From Campylobacterota bacterium (lineage in GTDB: Bacteria > Campylobacterota > Campylobacteria > Campylobacterales > Sulfurimonadaceae), in NCBI GenBank assembly GCA_034717975.1, contig JAYEMF010000074.1, positions 1,816 through 14,639 of the forward strand: a stretch of 12,824 bases of DNA. The letters are read 5' to 3'. Positions 1 to 7,458 of this stretch are shown piece after piece; positions within the stretch are counted from its first letter, which is position 1; the number at the start of each line of letters is the position of its first letter. The translations under genes were made by a program, and so were the position numbers. A model generated the notes under the pieces. That model ran no database searches and had not been told where the DNA came from. It worked only from the letters and a program-made list of their open reading frames with translations.

Positions 1-540
1 CCTATTGTAAACAGTACGATATGGGAAGGTGAGTTTGCAGCGGAAGATGTTCCAGATGAGTGTAAAGCCTCTTTTGTCCAAACGGTCGGAGTGATCTCCC
101 CTATAAAAGTTGCTGATGGTGTAGAGACTTATGGTGAGCTTGAGGTGATGCGTTTCATCAGGCAGATGAAGCATCAAGAGAATAACTTTTTATTGGTAGA
201 TTCACGCGGAAGTGAGTGGTATGAGTATGAGACCATTCCCGGCGCTGTCAATCTATGGTATGCCATACTGAAAAAACCGGAGGTCTTTGCTGAAGAGTAT
301 GCTGCCATGCTGAAGCGTATTGGCGTAACAAAGGGCTCTGATGGCACCTATGACTGTTCCAATGCCGCTACGTTGCTGCTATTTTGTAACGGTCCATGGT
401 GTGGCCAGTCTCCGATGGCTATCCGAGAACTGTTGAAACTGGGATATCCTGCCAAGAAGATCAAATGGTACCGTGGCGGTATGCATGACTGGAAAAGTCT
501 TTCAATGACGACAACCCTTTCAGAAGAAGAAGAGGATTGA
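1..540 (+). CDS. Rhodanese-like (sulfurtransferase) domain protein, 5' end outside window
   Basis: Frame 1 is open from base 1 (PIVNSTIWEGEFAAEDVPDECKASFVQTVGV...), so GTG91 is not the true start. Rhodanese motifs LLVDSR...EYETIPGAVN, active-site loop FCNGPWCGQS and WYRGGMHDW. Stop TGA 538-540. Confidence 0.88.
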   Translation, partial: PIVNSTIWEGEFAAEDVPDECKASFVQTVGVISPIKVADGVETYGELEVMRFIRQMKHQENNFLLVDSRGSEWYEYETIPGAVNLWYAILKKPEVFAEEYAAMLKRIGVTKGSDGTYDCSNAATLLLFCNGPWCGQSPMAIRELLKLGYPAKKIKWYRGGMHDWKSLSMTTTLSEEEED

Positions 541-547
541 GATTACA

Positions 548-993
548 TCAGACCTTATAGAGTTCGTAAAGGTTATAGACGTCTGTTGCCTCTTCAGAAG
601 CGCTATTGACGGCAAGTACTTCACGGATCAGTTTGGCTGCCTCTTCTCTGGTACCCCCGGCTTCTCCTTTGGCGTAGATCTCAGCCAGGGTGATTTTGGC
701 CGCATCATCATTCTGGGCAACCGCCATTTTGAGAAAGTGAACAGCTCTATTAAAGTCCTCTGGTAGACCCATCGCTTTGGCATAAGCAAACCCGGCACTT
801 ACCTGAGCCGGCAAGATACCTGCTTCAGCTGCAAGGCTGTAGTGATGAGTGGATTGTTTGAAATTCCGTTCAACCCCCTGGCCATTGATAGTACATGACA
901 AAGGGCATAGTTACAGCGTGGATCATCACATTGCATAAGCCATTCATAGGCTTCTTGATGTTTTCCCGCCTGATAGTAGTCGATAGCCATCAT
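548..993 (-). pseudogene. Sel1-like (TPR) repeat protein interrupted by frameshift(s) at ~887-900; pseudogene or sequence error
   Basis: ORF from ATG993 reads ...DPRCNYAL, a third frame gives VMYY (899-888), and the 548..901 frame continues NGQGVERNFKQS...AAEAG...AQVSAGFAYAKAMGLPEDFNRAVHFLKMAVAQNDDAAKITLAEIYAKG, which matches Sel1 repeat consensus. AGGA RBS and TATAAT lie upstream of 993. Confidence 0.75.
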
Positions 994-1015
994 AGCGTAT
1001 CCTGTTTTTTTTGTA

Positions 1016-1021
1016 ATTATA
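1016..1021 (-). promoter_or_regulatory. Putative sigma70 -10 box (TATAAT) for the Sel1 gene
   Basis: attata on + = TATAAT on -, 22 nt upstream of ATG993. Confidence 0.45.
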
Positions 1022-1106
1022 GTGGTTGAGAATGAGATAGATGTAAAGTGAACCGGTATGGTAGATGAGGTTAAGATTGCAAGAGGCGTGATGCCAAGTG
1101 CAATGC

Positions 1107-1646
1107 CTATTTTAGATAGGCTTTCGTGATTCCCTGAGGCTTGAGAGGACGGTCTCCCCCTTTACTGCCACTTGTCGGGATATGGTCGAGTTTACGAACG
1201 GTATCCATCCCTTTGATAACCTTCCCAAAGATTGTATGGTAACCGTTTAGCCATGGTGTCTTTGCCGTTGTAATAAAGAATTGGCTGCCATTGGTTCCCG
1301 GACCGGCATTGGCCATAGCCAGAATGCCGGGTTTGTTAAACGTGACACCGGGTTTAAACTCATCTTTAAACGGTTTTCCCCAGATAGACTCACCTCCACG
1401 TCCTGTTCCTGTAGGATCGCCGCCTTGGATCATGAATTTACGGATAATGCGATGAAAGTTGATACCGTCATAATAACCGTTTTTTACATGGGTCGTAAAG
1501 TTTTCAACCGCCAAGGGGGCGACATCTTCAAAGAGTTCCAGCTCAATTGTCCCCTGTGTAGTCTCAAGGACGACGACTGGATGTTCAGCGGCATTGATCA
1601 GCGTGGTAAAGATCAGTACGCTGAGTAGTGAGATGATTTTTTTCAT
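1107..1646 (-). CDS. ppiA: Cyclophilin-type peptidyl-prolyl cis-trans isomerase with N-terminal signal peptide (179 aa)
   Basis: Motifs FHRIIRKFMIQGGDPTGTGRGG, LAMANAGPGTNGSQFFIT, WLNGYHTIFGKV. Start moved to ATG1646 (MKKIISLLSVLIFTTLINA, signal-peptide-like), with an AGGAG RBS overlapping the msrB stop. Family is secure; the symbol is less so. Confidence 0.93.
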   Translation of the reverse strand: MKKIISLLSVLIFTTLINAAEHPVVVLETTQGTIELELFEDVAPLAVENFTTHVKNGYYDGINFHRIIRKFMIQGGDPTGTGRGGESIWGKPFKDEFKPGVTFNKPGILAMANAGPGTNGSQFFITTAKTPWLNGYHTIFGKVIKGMDTVRKLDHIPTSGSKGGDRPLKPQGITKAYLK

Positions 1647-1656
1647 GGGAGTGCTC

Positions 1657-2052
1657 CTATTTTTTAGCTTCAAATTTAAGGGCTACTGAGTTGATGCAGT
1701 AGCGCAGACCTGTCGGGGCCGGGCCATCGGGAAAAACATGACCAAGATGAGAGTCGCACCTGGCACAGCGTACTTCGACTCTTGTCATGCCGTGAGTGCT
1801 GTCTTTGATCTCGGTAATGGCATCTTCACTATAGGGTTTAAAATAGCTTGGCCAGCCTGTACCGGAGTCAAATTTTGTATCGGAGGAAAAGAGCGGTGCA
1901 TCACAGCAGATACAGCGGTAGAGACCTTCATCCTTATTGTTGTTGTATTCACCGGTAAATGGTGCTTCTGTACCATGTTGGCGGCAGACGTAAAAGGCTT
2001 CGGATGAGAGCTGCGCTTGCCACTGCTCATCGGTTTTTTCAATTTTGTTCAT
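1657..2052 (-). CDS. msrB: Peptide-methionine (R)-S-oxide reductase MsrB
   Basis: GTEAPFTG, Zn CxxC pairs (CICC, CARC), [21 protein letters not shown], catalytic RYCINS. GAGG RBS. Confidence 0.97.
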   Translation of the reverse strand: MNKIEKTDEQWQAQLSSEAFYVCRQHGTEAPFTGEYNNNKDEGLYRCICCDAPLFSSDTKFDSGTGWPSYFKPYSEDAITEIKDSTHGMTRVEVRCARCDSHLGHVFPDGPAPTGLRYCINSVALKFEAKK

Positions 2053-2075
2053 CTATACCTCGCTTTGAGGAGAAC

Positions 2076-2084
2076 ATAATAGCA
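2076..2084 (-). promoter_or_regulatory. Putative extended -10 (TGcTATTAT) for msrB-ppiA
   Basis: ataatagca on + = TGCTATTAT on -, ~24 nt upstream of the msrB ATG. Confidence 0.45.
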
Positions 2085-2178
2085 TGTGCATTTTTGATTT
2101 TGCTTATATTTTGACTAAATGCATGGATATCAGAAAATTTTTTTAAAAGTTGGAGAAAAAGTGTTTTTGAATATTTAT

Positions 2179-2212
2179 AAAAAGGAAGAGGGCGCTGCGA
2201 CAGACCGCAGCG
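2179..2212 (-). terminator. Probable intrinsic terminator of hup
   Basis: Perfect 7-bp GC-rich stem cgctgcg(2193-2199)/cgcagcg(2206-2212) with a 6-nt loop, 7 nt after the hup stop. It is followed on - by pyrimidine-rich CCCTCTTCCTTTTT; the U-tract is not immediately adjacent. Confidence 0.55.
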
Positions 2213-2219
2213 AATAGAA

Positions 2220-2504
2220 CTATTTGCCGGCAGCAACAGAGTCTTTAAGACTTTTACCAGCTTTGAACTTAGGTACCATTTTGTCAGATGTAGTATAAGT
2301 TTTGTCAGTACCAGGTACTTTACCACTTTTACCTTTTTGCAGTGTAGCAGCGAAACCACCGAAACCAACTAAAGTTACATCTTCTTTTGCAACAAGTGCT
2401 TCAGTTACAGCATCGGTAAATGCTTTGATCGCATTTTCAGCTTCAACTTTAGTTTTATAATCACCGTTTTTCTGTACCAGTTCAACGAATTGAGCTTTAT
2501 TCAT
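2220..2504 (-). CDS. hup: DNA-binding protein HU
   Basis: MNKAQFVELV..., VTLVGFGGF, arm GKVPGT (Campylobacterota form of GRNPxT), VPKFKAGKSLKDSV. AAGGG RBS. Confidence 0.96.
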   Translation of the reverse strand: MNKAQFVELVQKNGDYKTKVEAENAIKAFTDAVTEALVAKEDVTLVGFGGFAATLQKGKSGKVPGTDKTYTTSDKMVPKFKAGKSLKDSVAAGK

Positions 2505-2597
2505 TCGATATTCCCTTACGTAAGATTATGAGTGTCAAAGCAGCTGTTTTGTGCACAAACTAGGCGTTTGACAGTTCATCTAGAAGTACTTTATACT

Positions 2598-2852
2598 CTA
2601 TTTGCTTAAATTTTTCTTCTTTTTCCCGTTTTTAGGGAGTTGATGGAGAAAATTGGACGATTTTATCCGTTTATGTACGTGATTTAGCATTTTGATGGGC
2701 TTGACCAGGGTGTGGCGCATGCTCTCTTGCATAAAATATTTATGAAATCTCTGAGTTAAGGATAAAAGTTTTTTCTCTTTGTTACGCTTGGATGAAATGG
2801 CTAAAAAAACTTCGTCAAGTCCCACTCGCTCTTGTTCGGTTAAGCTGCTCAC
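2598..2852 (-). CDS. Small, highly basic hypothetical protein (84 aa)
   Basis: GTG start overlaps the upstream TGA stop (GTGA, 2849-2852), AGGA upstream. 15 K + 5 R vs 6 D/E. No family recognised. Confidence 0.65.
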   Translation of the reverse strand: MSSLTEQERVGLDEVFLAISSKRNKEKKLLSLTQRFHKYFMQESMRHTLVKPIKMLNHVHKRIKSSNFLHQLPKNGKKKKNLSK

Positions 2853-3094
2853 TGATCACTTCCTAGTCGGTTGATTTTTCGAACTACCCTCACGATATCT
2901 TCATCATCCAGCATCCCTAACATCTCCATTACTGCACGTGCAGCCTGAGGCTTGGCATTGCCAAGTCTCCAGTCCTGGTAGGTTCGCATCGATAACCCAA
3001 GCGTGGTAGCCATCTCTTTTTGGGAGATTTTTTTACCATTATGCTCGGCTTCGACGGCATTATGAAGGATGTTGAAAAGATCGTTTAGTTCCAT
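2849..3094 (-). CDS. XRE/Cro-family helix-turn-helix DNA-binding protein (81 aa)
   Basis: ISQKEMATTLGLSMRTYQDWRLGNAKP fits the Cro/C1 HTH consensus (SQxExAxxLGxSxxTxxxWExGxxxP). Confidence 0.85.
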   Translation of the reverse strand: MELNDLFNILHNAVEAEHNGKKISQKEMATTLGLSMRTYQDWRLGNAKPQAARAVMEMLGMLDDEDIVRVVRKINRLGSDQ

Positions 3095-3251
3095 AGGGAT
3101 TACTTTACAGAAACGAAGCTTAATCTATACGGTTAATATTATATAAAAAGAATATATATGTATATTTTACTAAATGTAACGTATTATATATTCTATATTA
3201 TGTTAAAAATATGTAAAAAAATTAATTAAATAGTATATTTACTATATATAA

Positions 3252-3269
3252 TATACGATATATCGTATA
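3252..3269. promoter_or_regulatory. 18-bp perfect palindrome TATACGATATATCGTATA, candidate operator
   Basis: Self-complementary over 18 nt. Contains 4 G/C inside a block of about 12% GC, upstream of the XRE gene. Confidence 0.5.
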
Positions 3270-3459
3270 AATTCTTTTTTGCTTTAGGGAATTTTTACTA
3301 AAGTCCATACTTTTGTTGATACTCGAGGTGGAAAGTACAAAGATGAGGAGTGCGTTATTTTAATATGCAGAGGTGTATTCAGGATCAGAGAAAACAGTAC
3401 CGGTGGCAGCCATGGAACATGCTTGTTATGGTGATGGAGAGGAGTTTTGAATAAAGGGG

Positions 3460-5124
3460 TTAAAGTTCGACAGAGAGCCCGACAGGTTCAAGGGTTGCAC
3501 GGTCATCAGTATGTTTAATATGAAACGGTTCATATTTGCTGTTTTCATGGGTACGAAAGGTGAGTTCTCTGTTTTTCGGCAGAGAGAAGCTGATCCGGTT
3601 AATCCCTTTTACACGTTCTTTGATAGAGATAGTGGCATCGAAGACGCTGGTTTTAATCGCTTCAACTTCAGCTTTTAACGTGGTGATTTTTTTGTTGATT
3701 TTTGGTACATCACTTTCTCGATGGCGTTTGGCTTCATCAAGGTGATAGCGAAGTTCGTCAATATCTTCTTCAATATATTCAAGACGGCTTTTAATGATGG
3801 GGATCTGTTTATAGTCAATCACAAAAAGGTTGTCTTCACCGCTAATCTGTTCTATGGTGATTGATTTTGTGGCATAGACTTTTAGGTGGTGCTTGACATT
3901 CCTGATCGTAATGTTTTCGGCATAGATCGTTCCACCGAGTGCGGCATCGACGGTGACGTTTGTGGCATGGATCTCACCCCCTTCAAGCAATTTAATATCT
4001 GCTTTATGGCAGCGCAGAATCCCTTTGTGCCGATTGATTTTTGCTTCTCTGGCAAAAAGCTTTGAACCGTTATGTGAAGCCCCATCTATAATGAGCTCTT
4101 TGGCCTCCAGTACCGCTTTATCGGCAACATAGCCTGAGATATGGATGGTTTCAGAGGTGAGATGGACACCCTCTCCAATGGTATCTTCTGTGATGTCATC
4201 TTGCGTGATAACGATTTCGACCTCGTTCTCTTCCTCTTTGGCCACTTGGGATTGAACGCGTTTGACCTGCTGCAAGGTTACTTTGTTACTGATCTCCATC
4301 ATTTTTTTATCGTAATTGACAAAGCCGCGTTTTTTACTGTAGAGCAGAATACGTTCACTGTCTTCTTTACGTTCAATCGTCTTTTCATCAATCTTACAGT
4401 CCAGGAACTCCTGATTATCAAAGTTGCCACGATTGATCTGTTTACCCAGGGCATTTAGACCATTTTTTCCATAAATTGGCTTGATATATTCAACTATCAG
4501 TTCGTCTGCTTCTACCTCTTTGATCTGACTGTCTTCATGCTTGGCCTCAAAGTGCAAGATAAGCCGGCTTGCTTTGGCCATCTCCGGTTCAATACCGCTG
4601 AAAAGCAGAATGGATGCGGTCGATGTGAACTGTTTGGTATAGATCTGTTTGACCAGTTTTTTGACATCTTGGAGCATCGCATCGCTTAAAAAGCCAACGA
4701 GGATGCCGTTCCAGGCTTTTATCTTATTGATCTCTTTGATCAGCAGGGTAAAAAGTTCTTGTGGTTTGTACTGTTGATAGGGAATGATTGATGTCGGTTC
4801 GAGAAGTAGTAGGGGGTGGGTTAAAAGCTCATCTTTTTCAATAGTATAGTCAAGATTAAACGTGCATGAGTTCTTTTTATCGAGAGTGATCTGATACATC
4901 TGTCTAAAGATCGCACGGTCATTGATCAGTTTATCGTGATCCTGGTAGATCTCTTTTTGTTTGCTGTTATATTTTCCGAATGCTTCCATGCCGGATGTTT
5001 TAATGTAGGTAACGACACCATGAAGTGTGAAATCACACTCTTTTACGGGTGTGTAGGAGTCAGATGCAAACTCCTGGAGGGATTTTTTGATACTGATAAC
5101 CTGTATAGCCTTCTGTTTTTTCAC
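3460..5124 (-). CDS. fapA: Flagellar assembly protein A (FapA/DUF342), Campylobacterota type
   Basis: 554 aa. EYIKPIYGKNGLNALGK and LYSKKRGFV segments, beta-helix-like repeats (IHISGYVADKAVLEAKELIIDGASH...LEGGEIHA...ALGGTIYA) and a C-terminal coiled coil. GTG start with AAGGG RBS. Confidence 0.8.
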   Translation of the reverse strand: MKKQKAIQVISIKKSLQEFASDSYTPVKECDFTLHGVVTYIKTSGMEAFGKYNSKQKEIYQDHDKLINDRAIFRQMYQITLDKKNSCTFNLDYTIEKDELLTHPLLLLEPTSIIPYQQYKPQELFTLLIKEINKIKAWNGILVGFLSDAMLQDVKKLVKQIYTKQFTSTASILLFSGIEPEMAKASRLILHFEAKHEDSQIKEVEADELIVEYIKPIYGKNGLNALGKQINRGNFDNQEFLDCKIDEKTIERKEDSERILLYSKKRGFVNYDKKMMEISNKVTLQQVKRVQSQVAKEEENEVEIVITQDDITEDTIGEGVHLTSETIHISGYVADKAVLEAKELIIDGASHNGSKLFAREAKINRHKGILRCHKADIKLLEGGEIHATNVTVDAALGGTIYAENITIRNVKHHLKVYATKSITIEQISGEDNLFVIDYKQIPIIKSRLEYIEEDIDELRYHLDEAKRHRESDVPKINKKITTLKAEVEAIKTSVFDATISIKERVKGINRISFSLPKNRELTFRTHENSKYEPFHIKHTDDRATLEPVGLSVEL

Positions 5125-5137
5125 TATTTTGTTACCC

Positions 5138-5719
5138 TTAACGGTCTGAAAGTTGATCGCTGATGATTTGACACTGTTTGGTGAGTGGGTATTGCTGCAA
5201 GTTCTCTTTATGCTGGGTATAAAACTCTAGAGCGAGTAACGTTGTGGTGATAAGTTGTAAAGGCGTGTAGAGAGGAGTCTCGGGACTTAGATGTTTATCT
5301 ACTGCAGCAGCAATGGCTTTGGCATCCTGGTGATGCTGCAAGATCAGTTCAACCCTGCCGATGGTTGAGAGTCTGTCATAGATGGTACGATTTTGTTTAT
5401 GAAGTGCAGAGAAAGAGGTTCGCCACTGGTCTTCACTGGGGATAGGGAGTTTGATTATCCCGCACAGGTGGGCACGCAGCATCTCCTCTCTGACGTTTTG
5501 TGATAACGTATCAAGCTCTCTATGATAACTGCGATAGAAGATCACTGCTTGTTGTATCAATAGAGATAGCCTCTCTTCGGTAAAAAGCTTATCGATCGCC
5601 CCAGCCGGAATAACACCGGCAAAGGTGTCAAATTGCAAATAGCGTTGCAAAGCGTTGATAATGATCCCTGATTTTTCAGGTGTATTTTTAGGAATTAGAT
5701 GATGCCAGTTACTATACAT
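5138..5719 (-). CDS. Hypothetical protein (193 aa, likely helical, no TM segment seen)
   Basis: Long ORF fitted between neighbours with 11- and 13-nt gaps. No recognisable motif. Confidence 0.7.
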   Translation of the reverse strand: MYSNWHHLIPKNTPEKSGIIINALQRYLQFDTFAGVIPAGAIDKLFTEERLSLLIQQAVIFYRSYHRELDTLSQNVREEMLRAHLCGIIKLPIPSEDQWRTSFSALHKQNRTIYDRLSTIGRVELILQHHQDAKAIAAAVDKHLSPETPLYTPLQLITTTLLALEFYTQHKENLQQYPLTKQCQIISDQLSDR

Positions 5720-5730
5720 ACTTAGACCCG

Positions 5731-6417
5731 TTAACGTTTCAGTAGATCACTGTAGTCATATTTGCTAAAGTCTAGGAAAAACTGTCCGTTTTGTTGAATG
5801 ATACGCACATCACTCCCATACGCTTCGGCAAAACGTCTTTTCACTGCTTTTCTGGCAGAAGAGGGGAGCTCAAGCGATTTCAGGTAGTGGCGAAGTTCGA
5901 CAAAGTCACTCTGTTGCCAGGAGGCATCGATGGCCTCTTCCTGTGCAGGTTCGACTTCATGGACTGTTTGATCAGGCTGGCTCAGCATCAGCTTGGTATT
6001 TACCAGTTCCAAAATAGTCTTAAGCTGCTCATCTTTATTGCTGTAGACCTTTTCAATCCGGTCACGTTCATCACGCAGCATCTGCTCTTTGTCATCGATC
6101 AGTTTATCGATTTTTGTTTCAAGCTCTTTGATCTTCTGTTTTAATTGATGGTTCTCTTTCTGATAGAGGGCAATGATGGTACCGACGGTGGTCTTTGGCT
6201 TGGCGGGGGCCTGTGCAGCAGTTTTCTCCTGACGCACCTGTTTCGTCTCTTCGTGGATCGCTTTGCGCTGAGGTTCGTCAAGGCTGCTGCGCGGGACGAT
6301 GATGTAGGTCGTTCCCTCTTCGATAATATAGTTCAGACGTTTATTTTTGAGTCGGGAGCTGATCATCTCCTTGGACATTTTAAAACGTTTGGAATATTCG
6401 TCGATCGTGAAGCGCAT
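5731..6417 (-). CDS. N-terminal winged-HTH plus coiled-coil protein (DUF3972-like)
   Basis: MRFTIDEYSKRFKMSKEMISSRLKNKRLNYIIEEGTTYI resembles excisionase/MerR-like wHTH. KTTVGTIIALYQKEN is followed by heptad-rich LKQKIKELETKIDKLIDDKEQML. AAGGGG RBS. Family assignment is from memory, not a search. Confidence 0.7.
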   Translation of the reverse strand: MRFTIDEYSKRFKMSKEMISSRLKNKRLNYIIEEGTTYIIVPRSSLDEPQRKAIHEETKQVRQEKTAAQAPAKPKTTVGTIIALYQKENHQLKQKIKELETKIDKLIDDKEQMLRDERDRIEKVYSNKDEQLKTILELVNTKLMLSQPDQTVHEVEPAQEEAIDASWQQSDFVELRHYLKSLELPSSARKAVKRRFAEAYGSDVRIIQQNGQFFLDFSKYDYSDLLKR

Positions 6418-6426
6418 TAATTCCCC

Positions 6427-7086
6427 TTATCTATTTTTCATCAATGAATTGAAGTTGATATGCGGCAGATTGATGATCCCGCCCTTGCGTAGCCAAACCA
6501 GGTAAGCTTTACGAAGTGTACCGTGTTTATCATAAAAGGTATACATTTTACTGTGTTTGAATTCCCGTTCAATCAGCAGGGCATGAAAGTCGGGGTAGAG
6601 CGTGAGAAACTTCTCAAACGAGGTGTACGCCTCTTTTGAGACGACGACAGTAGAAATAGTATATTGTTTGAGCTCGACATAGCGTGCACAGTCATTGAGC
6701 CCGTCACCGACGAAGTTGGTACTGCCGAGAATATCGGTAAACTGATAGACCTTTCCGGTGTGAACAGCGATACGGATGCCGCGAAAATAGGGAAATTTAT
6801 CAGCGATGATCTCGGAAAAATGGCTGAAGCTCAACCCCAAAACTGTTCCGAAGCCTTTAAGACGCGGATTTAAGATACAGTAAAAACCATCGCCTGTCGA
6901 GATAAATCCCAGGACCATTTTTCGCAGGGTCATTTCCGACTTGGCTAACAGGGTTTCGATCATTTTGGTGTAGCTTTTGGTAAGAAAAGTGATCAGTTCC
7001 ACCTGCTCCAGTGAATTCAACTGGGAAAAGCTGATGATGTCGACCAATATTATGTCGGCAGTGTATCCGCTATGTTCATCAACCAT
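6427..7086 (-). CDS. Stand-alone class III (adenylate/guanylate-type) nucleotide cyclase domain protein
   Basis: Metal-binding DIISFS and TGDGFY, IRIAVHTG, transition-state NFVGDGLNDCAR, C-terminal DKHG. Start ATG7086 preferred (AAGGAG just upstream); ATG7107 is possible. Confidence 0.8.
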   Translation of the reverse strand: MVDEHSGYTADIILVDIISFSQLNSLEQVELITFLTKSYTKMIETLLAKSEMTLRKMVLGFISTGDGFYCILNPRLKGFGTVLGLSFSHFSEIIADKFPYFRGIRIAVHTGKVYQFTDILGSTNFVGDGLNDCARYVELKQYTISTVVVSKEAYTSFEKFLTLYPDFHALLIEREFKHSKMYTFYDKHGTLRKAYLVWLRKGGIINLPHINFNSLMKNR

Positions 7087-7435
7087 ACTTCTCCTTACTG
7101 CTGTCATAAATATCTTGGAGCGATGAAGTTGGAGGGTTGCTTAGGTAGTAGTGCCTCAGGAGTTGGTTAAGCCGGTTCTGATTGAATCGCCAGTAGTGCT
7201 CTCTATTAAAAGTGTGGTGGTTGAGCATCTGGTTGTAGAGCAGTTCGGGTGTGGCTCTCTGCTCTGATTCGAAGAGCTCTGCAGTACAGCATATCATCAA
7301 ATCGGTCAACTCCTCTATTGCGGCGCTATTGGTATCGTCATCCGCGAGAGGTTTATTGGGGAAAAAGAGATAAAGTTTCCATAGTGACAGGCCAAGCGCC
7401 GCGATAAATGCCCCCATCATCACCCATTCCAGCAT
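7079..7435 (-). CDS. Hypothetical protein with a single N-terminal membrane anchor (118 aa)
   Basis: Hydrophobic MLEWVMMGAFIAALGLSLWKLYLFF followed by a soluble domain. AAGGAG RBS. Stop overlaps the cyclase start. Confidence 0.8.
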   Translation of the reverse strand: MLEWVMMGAFIAALGLSLWKLYLFFPNKPLADDDTNSAAIEELTDLMICCTAELFESEQRATPELLYNQMLNHHTFNREHYWRFNQNRLNQLLRHYYLSNPPTSSLQDIYDSSKEKYG

Positions 7436-7458
7436 AGAAAACTCCTTTGTTGGAGCAG

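Noticed and set aside
1076..1104. Imperfect hairpin after ppiA as a terminator
   Set aside because: Interrupted stem and no U-tract on the - strand.
2058..2070. SD-occluding mini-hairpins at msrB (CCUC/GAGG), ppiA (1648-1657) and the TM gene (7442-7456)
   Set aside because: Stems are only 3-5 bp, and for msrB and the TM gene the anti-SD falls at or upstream of the predicted TSS.
2087..2123. 7-bp inverted repeat TGCATTT/AAATGCA upstream of msrB
   Set aside because: Short arms with a 23-nt spacer in AT-rich DNA; compatible with chance.
3121..3300. AT-rich block as oriC/DUE, dif site or CRISPR leader
   Set aside because: No DnaA boxes, no adjacent dnaA, no recognisable dif sequence, and no repeat-spacer array or cas genes.
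6427..7435. Pycsar anti-phage system (cyclase + TM effector)
   Set aside because: The neighbour has one N-terminal anchor and no recognisable PycTM or cNMP-TIR effector features, and the context is housekeeping rather than a defence island.
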